Source: Takakia lepidozioides (lineage: Eukaryota > Plantae > Bryophyta). Taken from it: 64,000 nucleotides of DNA. Made by a program: the position numbers and the translations under genes. How positions within the stretch are numbered: position 1 is the stretch's first letter; every line of letters begins with the position of its first letter. The notes beneath the pieces are model-generated. The model was not told the DNA's origin. It worked only from the letters and a program-made list of their open reading frames with translations, and searched no databases. The stretch spans positions 73,594,001 through 73,658,000 of the forward strand of contig CM060733.1 in the NCBI GenBank assembly GCA_030704615.1. The letters run 5' to 3'. Positions 35,901 to 49,782 of the stretch are shown here, piece by piece.

Positions 35901-38900
35901 ATATCTGGAAAACCCGGATTAATTCTTTATATGGAGGTAAGTCTTACTACCAACGTCAGCCCCTGACAGAGGTAGGTTCTGTCCCTTTTGTTCCCGCTCA
36001 AACTGGGCGCGGGGTCAATGGCCACAAGGCTACGGCAAACAACGTCTTCTGAGTACAATCTCTTGATCTCCTTCCATATCATTGGCAGTTTGCAGTCTGT
36101 CAGCTTCATTTGTTTGGTCGCCCTTCCCTTATTTAAAGCTATATAAAATTGTTGAGATGATATTACCCCGAATAATCACAAAGGTCGCACTCATCGCATC
36201 ACAAGGCTCGCCCGCATGAGCCAGCACTGATTTTGCCATCCCATTCCCTGTTCCTGCATTCACAAGAAGCCGAGGTGGTTTGTTTACCATCTGAAGATAA
36301 ACGAGTTTGAGTGCAACCAGAGACATGTCACTGTGGCAAGCTAAAGCCTGGATGAGCAGCGCTGGAATCAACCTCACATTTTCTACTATGATGCCAACCC
36401 CTGCCCATCATCATCAATGCTCCACTTCATTGTAACCCCATTGGTGTCAGGTAAGTGGGCTGAAATCCCATTCCTACTCAGCTGTTTAGCATAGGGGTCA
36501 CAGCCAAAGCTCACAGGGAACAGAGAGCGAGTACTTCTTCCGGTACAATGCCAATGTCCACCCACAGTCACTCCTAAATTTCCCTCTAACCACATTGTTG
36601 TCAGCTTAGTGGGCTGACACGACACAACTGGTACTGAGAGGGTTCGTATGCCCAACAGGACTGCTAGCCAACATTTCAACAGGAACGGTCCGTGGGCACA
36701 TTCTCTTCCTTGGTAGTACCTACTGAGATTAATGTATCATGATTGTGTCGCCCTAGGAAAACATCCTTGAGAAGAGAGGCGGGCTGGATGACAAACACAC
36801 CTGCTGGCACAATGCCAAGAGGTAATTTGATGGCACGCTCCCAATCTGCTCTTTCCAGCAGACCATTCAACACCTGTCTCTTGCACAAACCACCAAGACA
36901 GCTTAGTGGATCTTATGATGGAACAAAGACAGACAGAGGGGCCAGAATACCAAAATTAAAACATACACTTCAGCGTGTTCTACCATCATCTTTGGCCACA
37001 ACCATAGAAAGATGAAAAACATCAAAATACTTCTTTCCGATTACTATTGCGCAGGAAATGGAAGATGTTGGGAAGGGACACACCTCGACTAACACTCCAT
37101 CTCCACTCACACAAATAATGCCGTCAAATAGGGAAAGATCAAATGACTTTGCCAAATCCTTGGCATGGCGTTGAAATTGTGTTTCTGTAGAGAAAATTTC
37201 AGTTACATCAAGGAAGCCACTCTGTTGCGTAAAGTCCTGACACTTCAAGGATAGCCTCTGAGCACAAATGACTTGAAGCAGGAACACTGGCAACAATGGA
37301 TGGGTCTCAATATATGGAGGTTAAGAGTGTATAGCATGACAACAGAAAAGTCTAAAAAGCTGTCACCTTTACTATGACCCTTTCTGCTTTTACCCTTCAG
37401 AGGAAAAGTATTGAGGCAGGATTCTCTCTGTCAATATTCTTCTTGTGTTTGAAGTCGGATGTGTGAATTTTGCAGTTTTGTTTGGGCTCATGTTTTGTAT
37501 GACGTTTGCTGGTCTGTATGACTGTCCGTGCACACAACTCCCTGTAATCCACCAGGAGGTGGTAATTCAGTTCTTATTAGCAAGGAGAAGAACCTAGTAT
37601 GTCTAATTAACTACTGTAGGTGAGATCATGTAGCCTGCAAAGTAGTGAAATGTGGCATGGCTTGGTTTCCTTTTCCCTTTGTTCCAGTTTTACTTCCTAC
37701 AAGAACAACAGTCAAATACTCACTTTGACCAATCAATGACAGAGCTCAGTGTACACTTAAGAAGACACCGCACCTCGCATTGTGAAGGTAATTCCAGCAG
37801 ACTTCAGTAAAGGCTCCACACTCTGTTTAAAAACTTTCTTTCCAACTCCACCCCCACCAAAGGGGTTGACAAATACCAGCAGCCTCTTTGGCCTCCCTGT
37901 CCAACGAAAGGCCCATCCTTTGTCACTTTTCCGGTCACTGGCACACAAACACACACTCTCTCTGTCTCCCTGTACTCTAGGAAGCCTATTACCATTGGGT
38001 GGACTTGATATGCGAGTAGATAAATGTCTCTGTGCTAAATGCCGGCCTTGCGACCTCGTGTCTTTGTTTGTTTTGACCTGAAGCACTCTCCTTCGGGTAA
38101 GGTAGTGCATTGGATTTAGTTGGAGAGTTTGGGGCCTCTCCCTCTTTAGAATATGTCTACGCGGGCCATTCCCTGCAGCTCCTTTGGAGTGTGATCTCTG
38201 AATGGTAACAAGCAGAACCCTACCGCTTGGGGGCAGCCCCTCCGCCCAATATTGGCAGTTGTATGCTCTGTCTAGCATGCTTGGAACTTGGGCTAGGGTT
38301 GGTCCTTGTGCTTAAACTTATAGCCTGCGAAATCAATCAATATATCATACCATGTCGAAAACAACACTCCCCAGGGTGATTCCTGGGAATTGGTTACTTA
38401 TGCCAAATCTAGGGCTTCATGTGTAGTTTTGGGGTGAATCCCAGCATGGACGATGTGTCCTCTAAAACTACCTGCTCCAGCCTAGGCTTGGATTATGTGG
38501 CTAATGGCATCATCTCAAGTCTTGATAACAGAGGCACCTTGAAGGTTTCAATGTCTAAAAATGCTACAAATAGAATCTCACATCAAATCAATCTCAAAGA
38601 AGTTCGTCTGACTGGCTGAAGAGTGGTATTAGACATTGGTGATTCAATGAGGCGCTCTAGGAAGACAACCAAGGGTGGGGACTTCAACTTGAAAGTTTCT
38701 AACCGGTTTGATGCCCTGGATGAGGTTGATACCAAGCAGCCAGACAGACTAGCTGGCCCTAATCTACATACGGGGTAATTGTCCCCCCTCTGCAGAACGG
38801 TTGGCCGTCCAGGAGCAACCATAGGCTACCTAGACGGCAAACAGCCCATATGCAAAGGGCTGGGCACTTTCAACTTCTCAGGGATGACTAACCAATTTCT

Positions 38901-41900
38901 GACAAGTTCTGCCGCCTCTGCCAAGCATGGTCGAAAAGGTGTTGGCTTCTTCGTCTGGGATTTCTTGTGTGACAATTGTGAAATTATCAACACGGTTTGT
39001 GGTATCAGCACAGTATCTGGCTGAAACTGAAATTGAAGGGCGGCGTGAGCACAAAGGACCTATTTGTGGGTTTTGTTACATGCCCACAGAGGGGAGCCTT
39101 AGTGCTGATGCAGACAAAGCCTTCGAAGACGTAAAGCTGGACTGTGCTAAGTTCCTCACCAAAGGTCAGGTGGTCGTATTGAGTATGTCCAGGCCTTGCA
39201 AGATGCTCCCCTCACTTTGTCCACTCGCTCCAAGACCTTCAGTCTCGCTCTGACAATGCAAGAAATGAAGTCAAAACAGCAGTGGATTCTTGGGAGAGTT
39301 TCGTCTCCTCTGTGGCTGACAAGATCATTGGGAGGAAACTAATTGTCTGTGGTAGAGCTGTTAATTGGTGGACTTATGAGATTAAACTCAAGATAGCTGA
39401 GAGACGAGTCCTCTATAAAGAGTGTTGCAATTTGAAAACCAACAAAGAATTGTGGGCTAGGTACTACCAGGTCCGCAAAGATATCAATCAGCTTGTAAGA
39501 TCTCAGAAGAAATTATACTGGGACAAGTTATACAGTGAAATAAACTCAAACCACCATGGTGGTAATGACAAGAGATTCTGGTTGGCCCTTCAACGTTTGT
39601 ACAAGCCGAAAAACTGTCAGCAAGTACAAGCGCTGAAGACTACTAAGGGTGCAGTGGTGACTTCAACGGTTGACATTGTCAAAACCTTTGAAACCCACTA
39701 CAGTATCCTTGGCAGAACTCCTAGGTCTAACAGTGAGGGGTCCTCTGAAGAATGGAAGGACACAGTTGGAAAAACTGTTCCTATGATTCAAAACAGCCCT
39801 GATGAACTGGAGTATAGTTCAAAGGCTTACAACGCTCCCATTAGTTCTTCTGAGATTGTGGAAGCAATTGAGCATTTAAACGGATATAAAGCTGGTGGAC
39901 CTGATGGCATAGTCAACGAGCTTATCAAGCACGGTGGCGACCCCATGATAGAGGCCCTAGTTCTCCTCTTTAACCTTATCTGGAAGACTGAAATGATCCC
40001 CTTTCGCTGGCGACAGGGGGTCATTGTCAATCTATACAAGAAGGGTGACAGAGAAGAACCGGGGAACTACCGTGGCATCATGCTCCTCAATGCTGTTGGC
40101 AAGATATTTTGCAGAGTTATGAGTACTCGTCTCGAGGTTGATCTGGTATCTAGAGGTTGTTTCCACGAAGGCCAAGCTGGCTTTCGGCGAGACAGGTGTG
40201 TGGATCATATCTTCACTCTAAGCCAGATTATCCAGGGAAGGAAAAAAGAAGGGAAACCCACTCATGTTTTTTTCTTGGATGTCAAAAAGGCTTATGACAC
40301 AGTGTGGAGTTATGGCCTATGGCTCCGCCTCTGGTCCTGTGGGATCCAAGGGAAAGATGTGGAGAGTTGTCCATAACTTGTATGCTCACACCAAAAGTTG
40401 TGTCACTGTTAATGGACAGAAGTCTAACTTCTTTGACATAGACCAAGGTGTAGCTCAAGGATGTACCCTCTCCCCGCTGCTCTTCAATGTTTTCATCAAT
40501 CAACTCCTCGAGGATGTGGAAAGTGAGGGATTTGGGTTAAGGGTGGGAGATGCCACCATACCAGCCCTTATGTTTGCGGGTGACTTCGCAGGCATAGGGG
40601 AGACTCCTTCCAACCTCCAGGAGTTGACTGATTGCGCGAAGAGATACTCTTTGGGGCTAGAGGCTAACATCAGTAAATGTGCTGTGGTGGCATTCAACGA
40701 CAGAGGAGAGGGAGGAAGTGATCTCAAGTGGCAGTGGGGTAGCCAAGAGATTCCGCTCCTCCCTTTCTACACATACCTGGGCGTTGAGTTTTCCTCCAAC
40801 TGTAACTGGGATGCACATATCCGGAAAGTTGTTCAAACTGGCAAGGGCAAAGCAGTGGGTCTCACTAAATTTTTCCACTGCAGAGGGATCAACTCTGAGG
40901 TTAAGAAAACCATGCTTTGTCGCGTTATTAGACCTGCCTTGGAGTACGCATCTGCAATATGGGTTGATAACTCCAGCCAGGCTAAGTCTCTAGAATCCAA
41001 TCAAGTGGGGGTGCTTAAGGAGTGCATGTCAGCATGCTCCAAAACAGCCAATGTGGCTGTTCGGGGTGAGTTTGGCATACCGTCCTTAAGCTCCCGACGA
41101 GATGAATTCAAGGTCAGATGGTGGGGTCAGCTGCAACACATGCCCAACACCAGATATCCTAAGTTAATCCACTCTATATCTTGGAAACAGGACCGCCCGT
41201 CAAACAGGCTAAGTCCTGGCAGAAGAGAGTAGAAGAGATTCTCAAGGATCCGAATCTGGATCCGCAAGTCTTGACCCTGCTGGATAAACCTGACTTAGAG
41301 GTTGTAGTGTCCAAAGCCATGTCTGTTGCCATGAAATTGTTTGATGAAAATGAAATTAGGCAGAGAACTTCCCTGAACTTGTTTCCAGTCTGTGACATGG
41401 GGGAGGACATCATGGATGACCTCAAGGTTCTACCCACTCTCGGCACTAGACTGAAATTTAAACTCAGGGCAGGAAGCCTACCTTTGAACAGCAAACAGAA
41501 GCAGAGAGGAAAGGGAGAGTGCAATTGCCCGAAGACAATATTCATTTCCTGATTCATTGTCCGGGGTTCTCTCACCAGAGAGACGCTCACCTCAAATCTA
41601 TCAAGGGAATTGTGCCTGTACCTCTGTTTACCAACTTTGAAAGTCTCGAGGCTGAGCCAAAAGCCCAGGCCCTTCTGGGGCCTAGTTACTGGGGAAACCA
41701 CACACAGCAGATTGATGCTTGTGTGCAGGGATTTCTAGAGGATATCTGGAAAACCCGGATGAATGTTTTATGCCAAGGTAAGTCTTACTACCAACGTCAG
41801 CCCATGACAGAGGTAGGTTCTGTCCCTTTGTGTTCCGCTCAAACTGGGCGCGGGGTCAATGGCCACAAGGCTACGGCAAACAACGTCTTATGAGTACATT

Positions 41901-44900
41901 CTCTCTCTCTCTCTCTTTCTCCCTGCAGGTTTCAGGAACTCCTGGTATGCTCGAGTGGACAGTTTATTTCAACGTAACGGACTTTCTACTGCTTTCCTAT
42001 TACCAATGAACCCAGATGAGGTGGACATCACATCCAGACATGACCGCAACAGACTCATTCGGAGAGAGCTTATGGAATTACATGTCAAGAGAACTTGGAT
42101 GCTACCCAATCTCACGACAAAGCTCCACTTCTATCGAGAGACATTCTTGGTGCTCCGCGATGATAGAATCTTGAGACCAAATTACCTTTCAGCACCCTTA
42201 TCTCCTTCCCTCTTGAGGGCATTGGGGCTGTTCAGGGTGGGTTCCCACAACCTATGGATAGAGACTGGCAGATGGGAAAACCTGCAACGGGAGGACCGCC
42301 TATGTCCAGCTTGCATAGGGCGCAGCAAGGAAATTGAAACTGAAGAACACTTCTTCTTCTACTGCCCTCTATACTACGAGATCCGTGGGAGATTTCACTG
42401 TTTATTCAGTGGAACCCAAACTCTCACTGATGTCTTTCACTATGAGGATCAAAAATGCGTGGCAGCCTACCTACACGAGGCCTTCACCCTTAGACAATCG
42501 CTAGAACATTAATTGTGATTTCTGGATCTGTTCCTCTCTCATGTTTTCTTCCATTTTGTCCCATAAGCTCTACGAGCTTTCCGTGGACGTTATAAAGCAC
42601 CATTTCATTTCATTTCATTTCCCTGTCCTCTAGGAAGCCTATTGACATTGGGTGGACTTGATACGGGAGTACATTAATGTCTCTGTGACTAAATGCCGGC
42701 CTTGTGACCTCGTGTCCTTGTTTGTTTCGACCTGAAGCGCTTTGCTTCAGGTAAGGTAGTGCATTGGATTTAGTTGGAAAGCTTGGGGCCTTTCCCTCTT
42801 TAGAATATGCCTACACGGGCCATTCCCTGCAACTCCCTGGAGTGTGATCTCTGAATGGTAACAAGCGGACTCCTACCGCTTGGGGGCAGCCCCTCCGCCC
42901 AAATTGGGCAGTCATATGCTCTGTCTAGCATACTCGGCACTTGGGCTCAGGTTGGTTCCTGTGCTTAAACTTATAGCCTGCGAGAACAATCAAAAATTTA
43001 GCTCCTATCAACATCAACACTCCTCAGGGTGATCCCTGGGAATTGGTTACTTATGCCAAATCTAGGGCTTCATGTGTAGTTTTTGGGGTGAATCCCAGGA
43101 TGGACGATGTGTCCTTTAAAACTACATGCTCTAGCTTAGGCTTGGATTTCATGGCTAATGGTACCATCTCGAGACTTGATAACAGGGGTACGTTGAAGGT
43201 TGCAATGACCAAAAGTGCTTCTAATAGAGTCCCGCATCAATTCAATCTCAAAGAAGTTCGTCCCTTGACTGGCTGGAGAGCGGTCTTAGACATTGGTGAT
43301 TCAATGTCTCTAGGAAGACAACCAAGGGCAACGACTTCAACTTGAGAGTTTCTAATCGGTTTGATGCTCTGGATGAGGTTGAATCCAAACAGCCAGAAGG
43401 ACAAGATGCCCCTAAATGTACGGAACCTGAACGTCCTGAATCTGAAGGATTTGGTACTCTGAATGGTTTACCAATCCTCAAGGTTTACACAAGACGAACA
43501 AATTCTATACACGGGGTAATTGTCCGCAAGCCGTCAGATGGACAATCTGTCCCTAAGTGTGCAGAGCCTGAACGTCGTGTAACTGAAGGATTTGGTACTC
43601 TAAATGGTTTACCAATCCTCAAAGTCTACACAAGACGAGCAAAATCTATACACGGGGTAATTGTCCCCAAGCAGAATGACGGACAATCTGCCCCTATGTG
43701 TGTGGAGCCTGTGCGTCGTGTAACTGAAAGATTTGGTACCCTGAATAGTTTACCAATTCTCAAAGTTTACACAAGACGAGCAAAATCTACACATGGGGTA
43801 ACTGTCCCCCCTTTGCAGAACGGTTGGCCGTCCAGGAGCAATCACAAGCTACCTAGACAATCACAATCACAAACAATTCACATGCAAAGGGCTGGCTTGC
43901 GGCTGGCCACTTTCAACTTCTCAGGGTTGACCAACCAAAGGAAACAACTCAAAGTGGGACAAGTTCTTCGGACTAATGATATTCATATCTGTGCTGGGCA
44001 AGAAACATGGGAAACGTCGGATAAACTGGTTGGAGATGTCAATGGTTATAAATGGGCAGGTAAGATGTGTACTCTCAAGGCAGCCTCTGCCAAACGCGGT
44101 CAAAAAGGGGTTGGATTCTTTGTCCATGATTTCTTGTTTGACAATTGTGAAATTATCAACAAGGGTTTGAGGTACGAGCATAGTATCTGGCTAAAACTGA
44201 ATCTGAAGGGCGGCATGAGTACAAAGGACCTCTTTGTTGGTTGTGTTTACATGCCCACAGAGGGGACCCTTAGTGCTGACGCAGACAAGGCCTTCGAAGA
44301 TGTAAAGCTGGACTGTGCTTCGTTCCTTGCCAAAGGTCAGGTGGTACTATTGGGGGACTTCAATGCCCGGGTGGGCAAAGGGATCCATCAGGACGATATC
44401 ATTGGACCTTTTGGTGAGGACGAGCTGAATTCTAATGGCAGACGGTTAATTAACTGTCTAGAAGAGCTTCAGCTTTTGACCTTGAATAACAGGACAAGAG
44501 GTGACCAAGTGCAGTGGACTCGTGAGAAATCCCAAACTGGGGAACGTTCCATTGTGGACTATATCATAATGGACAAAATTTTGTTCCCCCAGTGTGCCAA
44601 TGTGTTGATCGACAGAACTGATATTGGTACCTCTGACCACTTCCTGGTTTGGACTGAGATCAAAAGGTGTTTTCCCACCACCAAGAGATCTGTGAAACGT
44701 TCGATTCGGAAGTGGCGCATAGAAAAATTCCAAAATGAGGAGGTCCAGGCCTTGCAAGAGGCTCTCCCTCATTTTGTCCAATCGCTCCAAGAACTTCAGT
44801 CACGCTCTGTTAATGCAAGAAATGAAGTCAAAAGAGCAGTGGACTCTTGGGAGAGTTTCGTTTCCTCCGTGGCTGACAAGATCATTGGGAGGAAACTAAT

Positions 44901-47900
44901 TGTCTGCGGTAGAGCAGTTAATTGGTGGACCAATGAGATTAAACTCAAGATAGCTGAGAGACGAGCCCTCTATAAAGAGTGCTGCAATTTGGAAACCAAC
45001 AGAGAATTGTGGGCGAGGTACTACCAGCTCCGTAAAGATATTTGTTAGGTCTCAGAAGAAATTATACTGGGACAAGTTATACAGTGAAATAAACTCAAAC
45101 CACCATGGTGGTAATGACAAGAAATTCTGGTTGGCCCTTCAACGTTTGTACAAGCCGAAAAACGGTCAGCAAGTACAAGCGCTGAAGACTACTAAAGGTG
45201 CAGTGGTGACTTCATCGGTTGACATTGTCAAAACCTTTGAAACTCACTACAGTATCCTTGGTCTAACAGTGAGGGGTCTTCTGCTGAATGGAGGACACAG
45301 TTGGAAAAACTGTTCCTATGATTCAAAACAGCCCTGATGAACTGGAGTATATTTCAATGGCTTATAATGCTCCCATTAGTTCTTCTGAGATTGTGGAAGC
45401 AATTGAACATTTAAATGGATATAAAGCTGGTGGACCTGATGGTATTGTCAACGAGCTTATCAAGCACGGTGGTGATCCCATGATAGAGGCCCTAGTTCTC
45501 CTCTTTAACCTTATCTGGAAGACTGAAATGATCCCCTTTCGCTGGCGACAGGGGGTCATTGTCAATCTATACAAGAAGGGTGACAGAGAAGAACCGGGGA
45601 ACTACCGTGGCATCACGCTCCTCAATGCTGTTGGCAAGACATTCTGCAGAGTTATAAGTACTCGTCTCGAGGTTGATCTGGAGTCTAGAGGTTGTTTCCA
45701 CGAAGGCCAAGCTGGCTTTCGGCGAAACAGGGGCTGTGTGGATCATATCTTCACTCTAAGCCAGATTATCCAGGGAAGGAAAAAAGAAGGGAAACCCACT
45801 TATGTTTTTTTCCTGGATGTCAAAAAGGCTTATGACACAGTGTGGAGAGATGGCCTATGGTTCCGCCTCTGGTCTTGTGGGATCAAGGGAAAGATGTGGA
45901 GAGTTGTCCACAACTTGTATGCTCACACCAAAAGCTGTGTCACTGTTAACGGACAGAAGTCCAACTTCTTTGACATAGACCAAGGTGTAGCTCAAGGATG
46001 TACTCTCTCCCCTCTGCTCTTCAATGTTTTCATCAATCAACTCCTCGAGGATGTGGAAAGTGAGGGATTTGGGTTAAGGGTGGGGGATACCACCATACCA
46101 GCCCTTATGTTTGCGGATGACTTCGCAGGCATAGGGGAGACTCCAACCAATCTCCAGGAGTTGATTGATTGCGCGAAGAGATACTTTGATCTTTGGGGGC
46201 TAGAGGCTAATGTCAGCAAATGTGCAGTGGTAGCATTCAACGACAGAGGAGAGGGAGGAAGTGATCTTAAGTGGCAGTGGGGTAGCCAAGAGATCCCGGT
46301 CCTCCCTTCCTACACTTACCTGGGCGTTGAGTTTTCCTTCCAATTGTAATTGGGATGCACATATCCGGAAAGTTGTTCAAACTGGCAAGGGCAAAGCTCT
46401 GGGGCTCACTAAATTTTTCCACTGCAGAGGGGTCAACTCTGAGGTTAAGAAAACCATGCTTTGTCGCGTTATTAGACCTGCCTTGGAGTACGCATCTGCT
46501 ATATGGGTTGATAACTCCAACCAGGCTAAGTCTCTAGAATCCATTCAAGTGGGGGTGCTTAAGGAGTGTATGTCAGCATGCTCCAAAACAGCCAATGTGG
46601 CTGTTCGGGGTGAGTTTGGCATTCCGTCCTGAAGCTCCCGACGAGATGAATTCAAGGTCAGATGGTGGGGTCAGCTGCAACATATGCCCAACACCAGATA
46701 TCCTAAGTTAATCGACTCTATATCTTGGAAACAGGACCGCCCTGTCAAACAGGCTAAGTCCTGGCAGAAGAGAGTAGAAGAGAATCTCAAGGACCTGGAC
46801 CTGGATCCGCAAGTCTTGACCCTGCTGGATAAATCTGACTTAGAGGCTGTAGTGTCCTCAGCCATGTCTGTTGCCATGAGATTGTCTGATGAAAATGAAG
46901 TTAGGCAGAAAACTTCCCTGAACTTGTTTCCAGTCTGTGACATGGAGGAGGACATCTTGGATGACCTCAAGGGTCTACCCACTCTCGGCACTAGACTGAA
47001 ATTTAAACTCAGGGCAGGAAGCCTACCTTTGAACAGCAAACAGAAGCAGAGAGGAAAGGGAGAGTGCAATTGCCCGCTGTGTGGGCAATCTGAAGACAGT
47101 ATTCACTTTCTGATACACTGTCCGGGGTTCTCTCACCAAAGAGACGCTCTCTTCAATTCTATCAAGGGAATTGTGCCTGTACCCCTGTTTAACAACTTTG
47201 AAAGTCTCGAGGCTGAGCCAAAAGCCCAGGCCCTCCTGAGGCCTAGTTTTTGGGCAAATCACACACCGCAGATTGATGCTTGTGTGAAGGGATTTCTAGA
47301 GGATATCTGGAAAACCCGGAGGGCGCGGGGTCAATGGCCACAAGGCTACGGCAAACAACGTCTTATGAGTACAATCTCTCTCTCTCTCTCTGTCTCAGAG
47401 CATTGAGGACCCAAAGCGCCTCACAGCCCACCTGTATGTGGCCCTCCATTTTCTGGTGGTCATTTGATGGAAATAGATTTCTTTTTGCAGTGTTTTCTTC
47501 CATAGATCCTGCGGGCCCCTGTGGACATTGTAGAGTTTTTGTTTTTGTTTTTGTTTGAGTTTGAGTTTTTGTCTTTTGTTCTTAAGCTCTTTGAGCTTTC
47601 CGCGGACATTATAAAGTACCATTTCATTTCAGTTTTCTTGCCCTGCACACTGTGAGATCCAGGGCAGATACTGGGGGCTTTTCAGAGATTCCTCATTCCT
47701 ACAAGAGGCCTGTAACTATAAGGACCCAAAGTGCTTGGCGGCTCACTTGGGCAACGTGGGCTTTGGGCGTTCGTTTCTGTGGTTCTACTGTGTTGTTCTA
47801 CTTTTTGTACCTTGGACCGTTTTGGCCTCCCACGGACTTAATGGACTTCTGTCTTCTTCTCTTGATATTTACGCTTTGTGGGGCTTTGCGATTCACATAG

Positions 47901-48327
47901 AATAGTAGTACAGTTGTTGATTCCTACAAAATACCATTCATGCAAATGAGAGTTCTACTGTCGCTAGCATCCCCGTCAAGTAGACCTCCTTCGTCTAAAC
48001 GTGTAAGAGGAAGTTTGTAATACCAGATCCATCAAGGAACCGCTGGATGTTGTCACACCACAATTTGTGAGAACCCTCGTTGCTGAATTTCACGAGAATG
48101 TCCTTGCGAATACGGCCACCAGGACTCCTACCACACCATTTGCTTGTGCAAAATTTGAATGTGTGCAACTCGATGCTTGATACGCCCTTGGAGAACCCTA
48201 TGAGATCATCCTGCACTACAAGAACCCCTTCTCTGTCGCCGTGCCACCTAAGTACCCCTGAATGGCTGAGAGTAATAGTTACCCTTGCCTCGTCTAGCTG
48301 GACTTGCTCCTTGAAGAACTCCTCCAT
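29997..48327 (-). CDS. SPHK1: Sphingosine/long-chain base kinase, 10 exons, 481 aa, intact
   Basis: Exons 48327-48024, 37896-37774, 37184-37084, 36873-36801, 36253-36167, 34539-34462, 34303-34233, 31901-31611, 31024-30902, 30191-29997. All GT-AG and in phase (1446 nt). Motifs FVNPFGG, SGDGVLVEVLNGLL, PAGTGNGMAKS, DVDFESERFRWMG, VDLDGE. Confidence 0.93.
32140..32660 (-). mobile_element. LINE family B 3' ends (two tandem partial copies) with (CATTT)n tails
   Basis: Reverse-complement match to 42330-42620; (GAAAT)n runs on the + strand. Confidence 0.75.
33250..34140 (-). mobile_element. LINE family B fragment (post-RT region), degraded
   Basis: RRELMELHVRRTW.LPNLTTKL.FYRE...NYLSAPLSPSL.RALG.FRVGS.NL...TGRWE matches 41925-42512. 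Confidence 0.75.
35110..36065 (+). mobile_element. LINE family A, 5'-truncated copy in SPHK1 intron 5
   Basis: Near-identical to 46513-47390; CPLCGQSEDSIHFLIHC zinc knuckle. Confidence 0.9.
37968..41918 (+). mobile_element. LINE family A (RTE-like), degraded copy with deletions in the endonuclease region
   Basis: RT motifs KAGGPDG, YKKGDREEPGNYRGI, QAGFR, FLDVKKAYDTV, QGCTLSPLLF; YxDD mutated to FAGD; (TC)n tail. Confidence 0.9.
41925..42620 (+). mobile_element. LINE family B 3' fragment with (CATTT)n tail
   Basis: FRVGSHNLWIETGRW...REDRLCPAC...ETEEHFFFYCPLY zinc knuckle typical of the LINE C-terminus. Confidence 0.85.
42621..47392 (+). mobile_element. LINE family A (RTE-like), near full length: APE endonuclease, RT and zinc knuckle; frameshifted
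   Basis: EN motifs TFN, QETW, VYMP, LGDFNA, IVDYI, SDH; RT with FADD; (TC)n tail; 5' end matches 37968. Confidence 0.92.
43410..43810 (+). repeat. Three in-frame 141-bp tandem repeats in the LINE A N-terminal region
   Basis: P.C.EP.R...E.FGTLN.LPILKVYTRR..S.HGV repeated three times; absent from the copy at 38750. Confidence 0.9.
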
Positions 48328-49782
48328 TCTCTTTCTGGCTTGTATACTAGAAATTGGGATGTGTAGACAACATACTCTGCACTGGAGCTGCTATGATCAC
48401 CGCCTCCTCTGATTTTCGCTAGTGATGTCTTTGACTCCTGTCAAGTCTACCACAGCATAATTCGTATAACTCCTCTCAGCTTCAATCGCCAGGCAAGATA
48501 CGAGTATCTATGACCAGAAGAGAAGCTGTGTGTGCGTGAATTTCCTTCTGCAGGTAGCGGACAGATCACCACACCAAGCTGAGGAGCTCCATTACTGCCT
48601 CTCTCTCAGCTCTTTCCTGATTCTCGCCACCACACGCATGCATTAAATTTGACTAAAGACTAGCAGAGCATACATAATCTCTGTCTTCCAGCCTCTTTCT
48701 AAAGCAGCTTCACATATACACTCCACGAGGCGTCCGTGTATAATTCAGATCCATCTCTCTGCGCATCCACCAGAAAGAAACCATTTGCATCCCAAGAAAA
48801 CGCCACCAAGAAAGAGATCTGTTGCAAGCAACTATTCCTCGACTTAGGAACGAAGAAAATTCGTGGATTTCCTTAGCATCTGACCGACTCAAGAAACACC
48901 TGCAGGTCGCAAATCGCAAACCAGTATTTCAGAGCTCGCACGAATTGAGCGCCGAACATCTCACGCCAGTGCCAGACTCAAAGACTCGTACCAATTACCC
49001 GCCGCAGCCCCGCATGTTTTTACTCCAAGTAAGACAATTTCATCCATGTAACCGCCTGCCCAAAAATCAGAAAATGTTTTTTTTTCTTGAAAATGTTAAA
49101 CTAAAGGCCGGGAGAGGACTGAAGGCGATGGCCGAGCTGCGAGACGACTCCCAACGGTCGTCTCGCCATTTCCGGAGCTTGTTTCTGGCCCTGCTCAACT
49201 CCGTAGCTACTGCAGATCACATTATGCATCTCCGCCCCATGCACAGATTTCCATTGATATACTTTTTAAGTTTTTCCATAGTTTTTTCACGATTAGTTCC
49301 TTCAGTTGTTCATCCTATCAACCCTCGTCCTTTCATCGCTCGCACAGTTACACGCATCATCCCTAATCTGACAGCGCCGTCTCTAACTTAAGGAGGTCAC
49401 CTTCTCAAAGACCTTTCCCGCTTTTCTCCCCTATTCCTCACGTTAGTTCTTCGAACCCCACTTCACCAGTGGTTTTTTCCAGTGTTACAGTGTTCTTCCT
49501 TGTTTGATTAGTGCAATGGCTCCTAGGAACAACCAGTTCCGCAGCAGGGAATCAATGGAGGCTCGAAGGAGTTTCCAGAATGGACAAGAAGACCCAACAT
49601 CTCATCTGGGACAGGCTTCTACCTCGCACATCAAGAGCGTTCCAGGATTGCTACGACCAACGGCTCTGTAAGAAACCCCCCCTCCTTTCCACTTCAGTCC
49701 TCTCTCTCCTCCCCAACCCTTCCTTAAATTTCCCAGGCTGGATTCACCTCCAACAGTTCCAAACTGCTCAAACCCACCCATT

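Noticed and set aside
37757-38278. 173-aa ORF as a separate gene
   Set aside because: Only 37896-37774 is coding (SPHK1 exon 2); the rest is intron and antisense LINE 5' region.
38030-38330. HDV-like ribozyme in the LINE A 5' UTR
   Set aside because: A GACCTCGTGTC stem-loop is suggestive, but I could not assemble the nested double pseudoknot by eye; needs a covariance-model search.
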